Notes under the pieces: generated by a model | Databases searched by the model: none | What the model saw: only the letters and a program-made list of their open reading frames with translations | Told to the model about the DNA's origin: nothing | NCBI RefSeq assembly: GCF_018977255.1 | Contig: NW_024704742.1 | Location: 131,132,001-131,196,000, forward strand | DNA length: 64,000 nt | Reading direction: 5' to 3' | Origin: Callorhinchus milii | Taxonomy: Eukaryota | Part shown: one piece after another, positions 62,990 through 64,000 of the stretch | How the letters are laid out: every line of letters begins with the position of its first letter | How positions within the stretch are numbered: the first letter of the stretch is position 1 | Translations under genes and position numbers: made by a program

Positions 62990-63508
62990 ATAATAATAAT
63001 AATTCTAATATTTAATATAGCACCTTTCGTGATGGGATGATGACTCAAAGTGCTGTACAGGATTTACTGTAAAGTGTAGTGACCGTGTATGAGCAGACAA
63101 GGTAGCCAATTTGCGCACAACATTACCTCACAAATAGCCATGAAGTGAGTGACCAATTTTATTTGGGCAATTGTCAGCTAGGACCCTGACAGAAACTTCC
63201 TTTTCTTCTTGAATAATGCTATGGAATCTTTAATGTCCTCCTGAACAGGCAGATGTGACAACAACAAAAATTACATGTGTAGCACCTTTCATGGCAGGAA
63301 GACGTCCCAAGGCGCTGGACAGTCAGAGTTTCGGACCCGAGTTTGACCTTGATTTAACATCTCATCTGAAGGATGGCACCTCTAACAATGTAGTGCATCC
63401 CGAGCATGGCATTGAGGTGTCAGCCTCGACTTGTTCATTCAAATGGGATTTGCAGCAACAGCCCTCTGACTCAGAAGTGAAAGTACTACCAACTAAGCCA
63501 GCCTGACA
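62990..63508 (-). mobile_element. SINE-A full length interrupted by L2 tail (~63257-63340)
   Basis: Tail to ctaccaactaagccagcctgaca head, collinear across the insertion. Confidence 0.85.
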
Positions 63509-64000
63509 CCGAAAGAGATAAAGGAAACTTGATCAATCTGGACCAGGAATTCACCTTCAGATGTCGAAGTCCACATGTTTAGAATACATGAGGAAGAGGG
63601 AATGTGGTACGTGTAACTGATCACAACTACATAACTCACTCCTTCCCCCCCTCCCCAATATTTGCCATTCCCATATTAATCCAAATAAATATGAAAACAC
63701 ATCATAACAGCTTTGGTGACACACAAGTTGCTTCTCCAAAAAGCTGCTGTTAATCAATATAATTGAGCTTTCCTCTACTATAAAATGCAATTATCACTAA
63801 TGGCTTTCGGTCCATACCTAAGTCGAATGTTAACATGGCCGGTGACTCAGGAGGTAAATAATCCACACAAAGTATTATTAGTGTAATCTATTTACAGACT
63901 CACAAAGTTGGTTACACATTTTGTTGTTGTGTTGCTGTAGCTCCAGTCATATTAAGGTACAATGGATGTTGAGAAGCGACAAAATCAATTAATGGTAATT

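Noticed and set aside
63320..63345. Fifth hammerhead copy (gtttcggaccc)
   Set aside because: Lacks the CUGA box and aligns with L2 3' UTR as at ~23815 and ~41885
707..63508. CRISPR-like array from the recurring tatcaaatgcaaggattatt sequence
   Set aside because: Irregular spacing, both strands, diverged copies, no cas genes; these are SINE tails in eukaryotic DNA

Overview
Eukaryotic, repeat-dense, apparently non-coding DNA (gene desert or very large intron). The repeat inventory points to a cartilaginous fish, possibly a chimaera; that is inference from repeat types. I found no host protein-coding exon. The only protein-like ORFs are 3' fragments of L2 and CR1 LINE ORF2, and the long ORFs at 12.4-16.3 kb come from a 16-bp minisatellite. 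The window is dominated by two tRNA-headed SINE families sharing an L2-type 3' tail (my labels: SINE-A, Deu-domain/SacSINE1-like; SINE-B, tRNA-Ala head plus CORE-like body). It also holds many truncated L2 and CR1 ends, palindromic MITE-like elements and an unclassified non-coding repeat of at least 650 bp in six pieces. Most notable: (1) a short Penelope-type element in four copies, one with an intact minimal hammerhead ribozyme core (26478-26514, minus) and a 13-bp target-site duplication (TSD); (2) two tandem REST/NRSF RE1 sites (49042-49099); (3) several TE-free islands resembling conserved enhancers, two of which share a 30-bp motif; (4) nested insertions that give a relative TE chronology. 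Decayed-repeat boundaries are approximate, family names come from recalled similarity rather than a search, and many small tail fragments are not listed.
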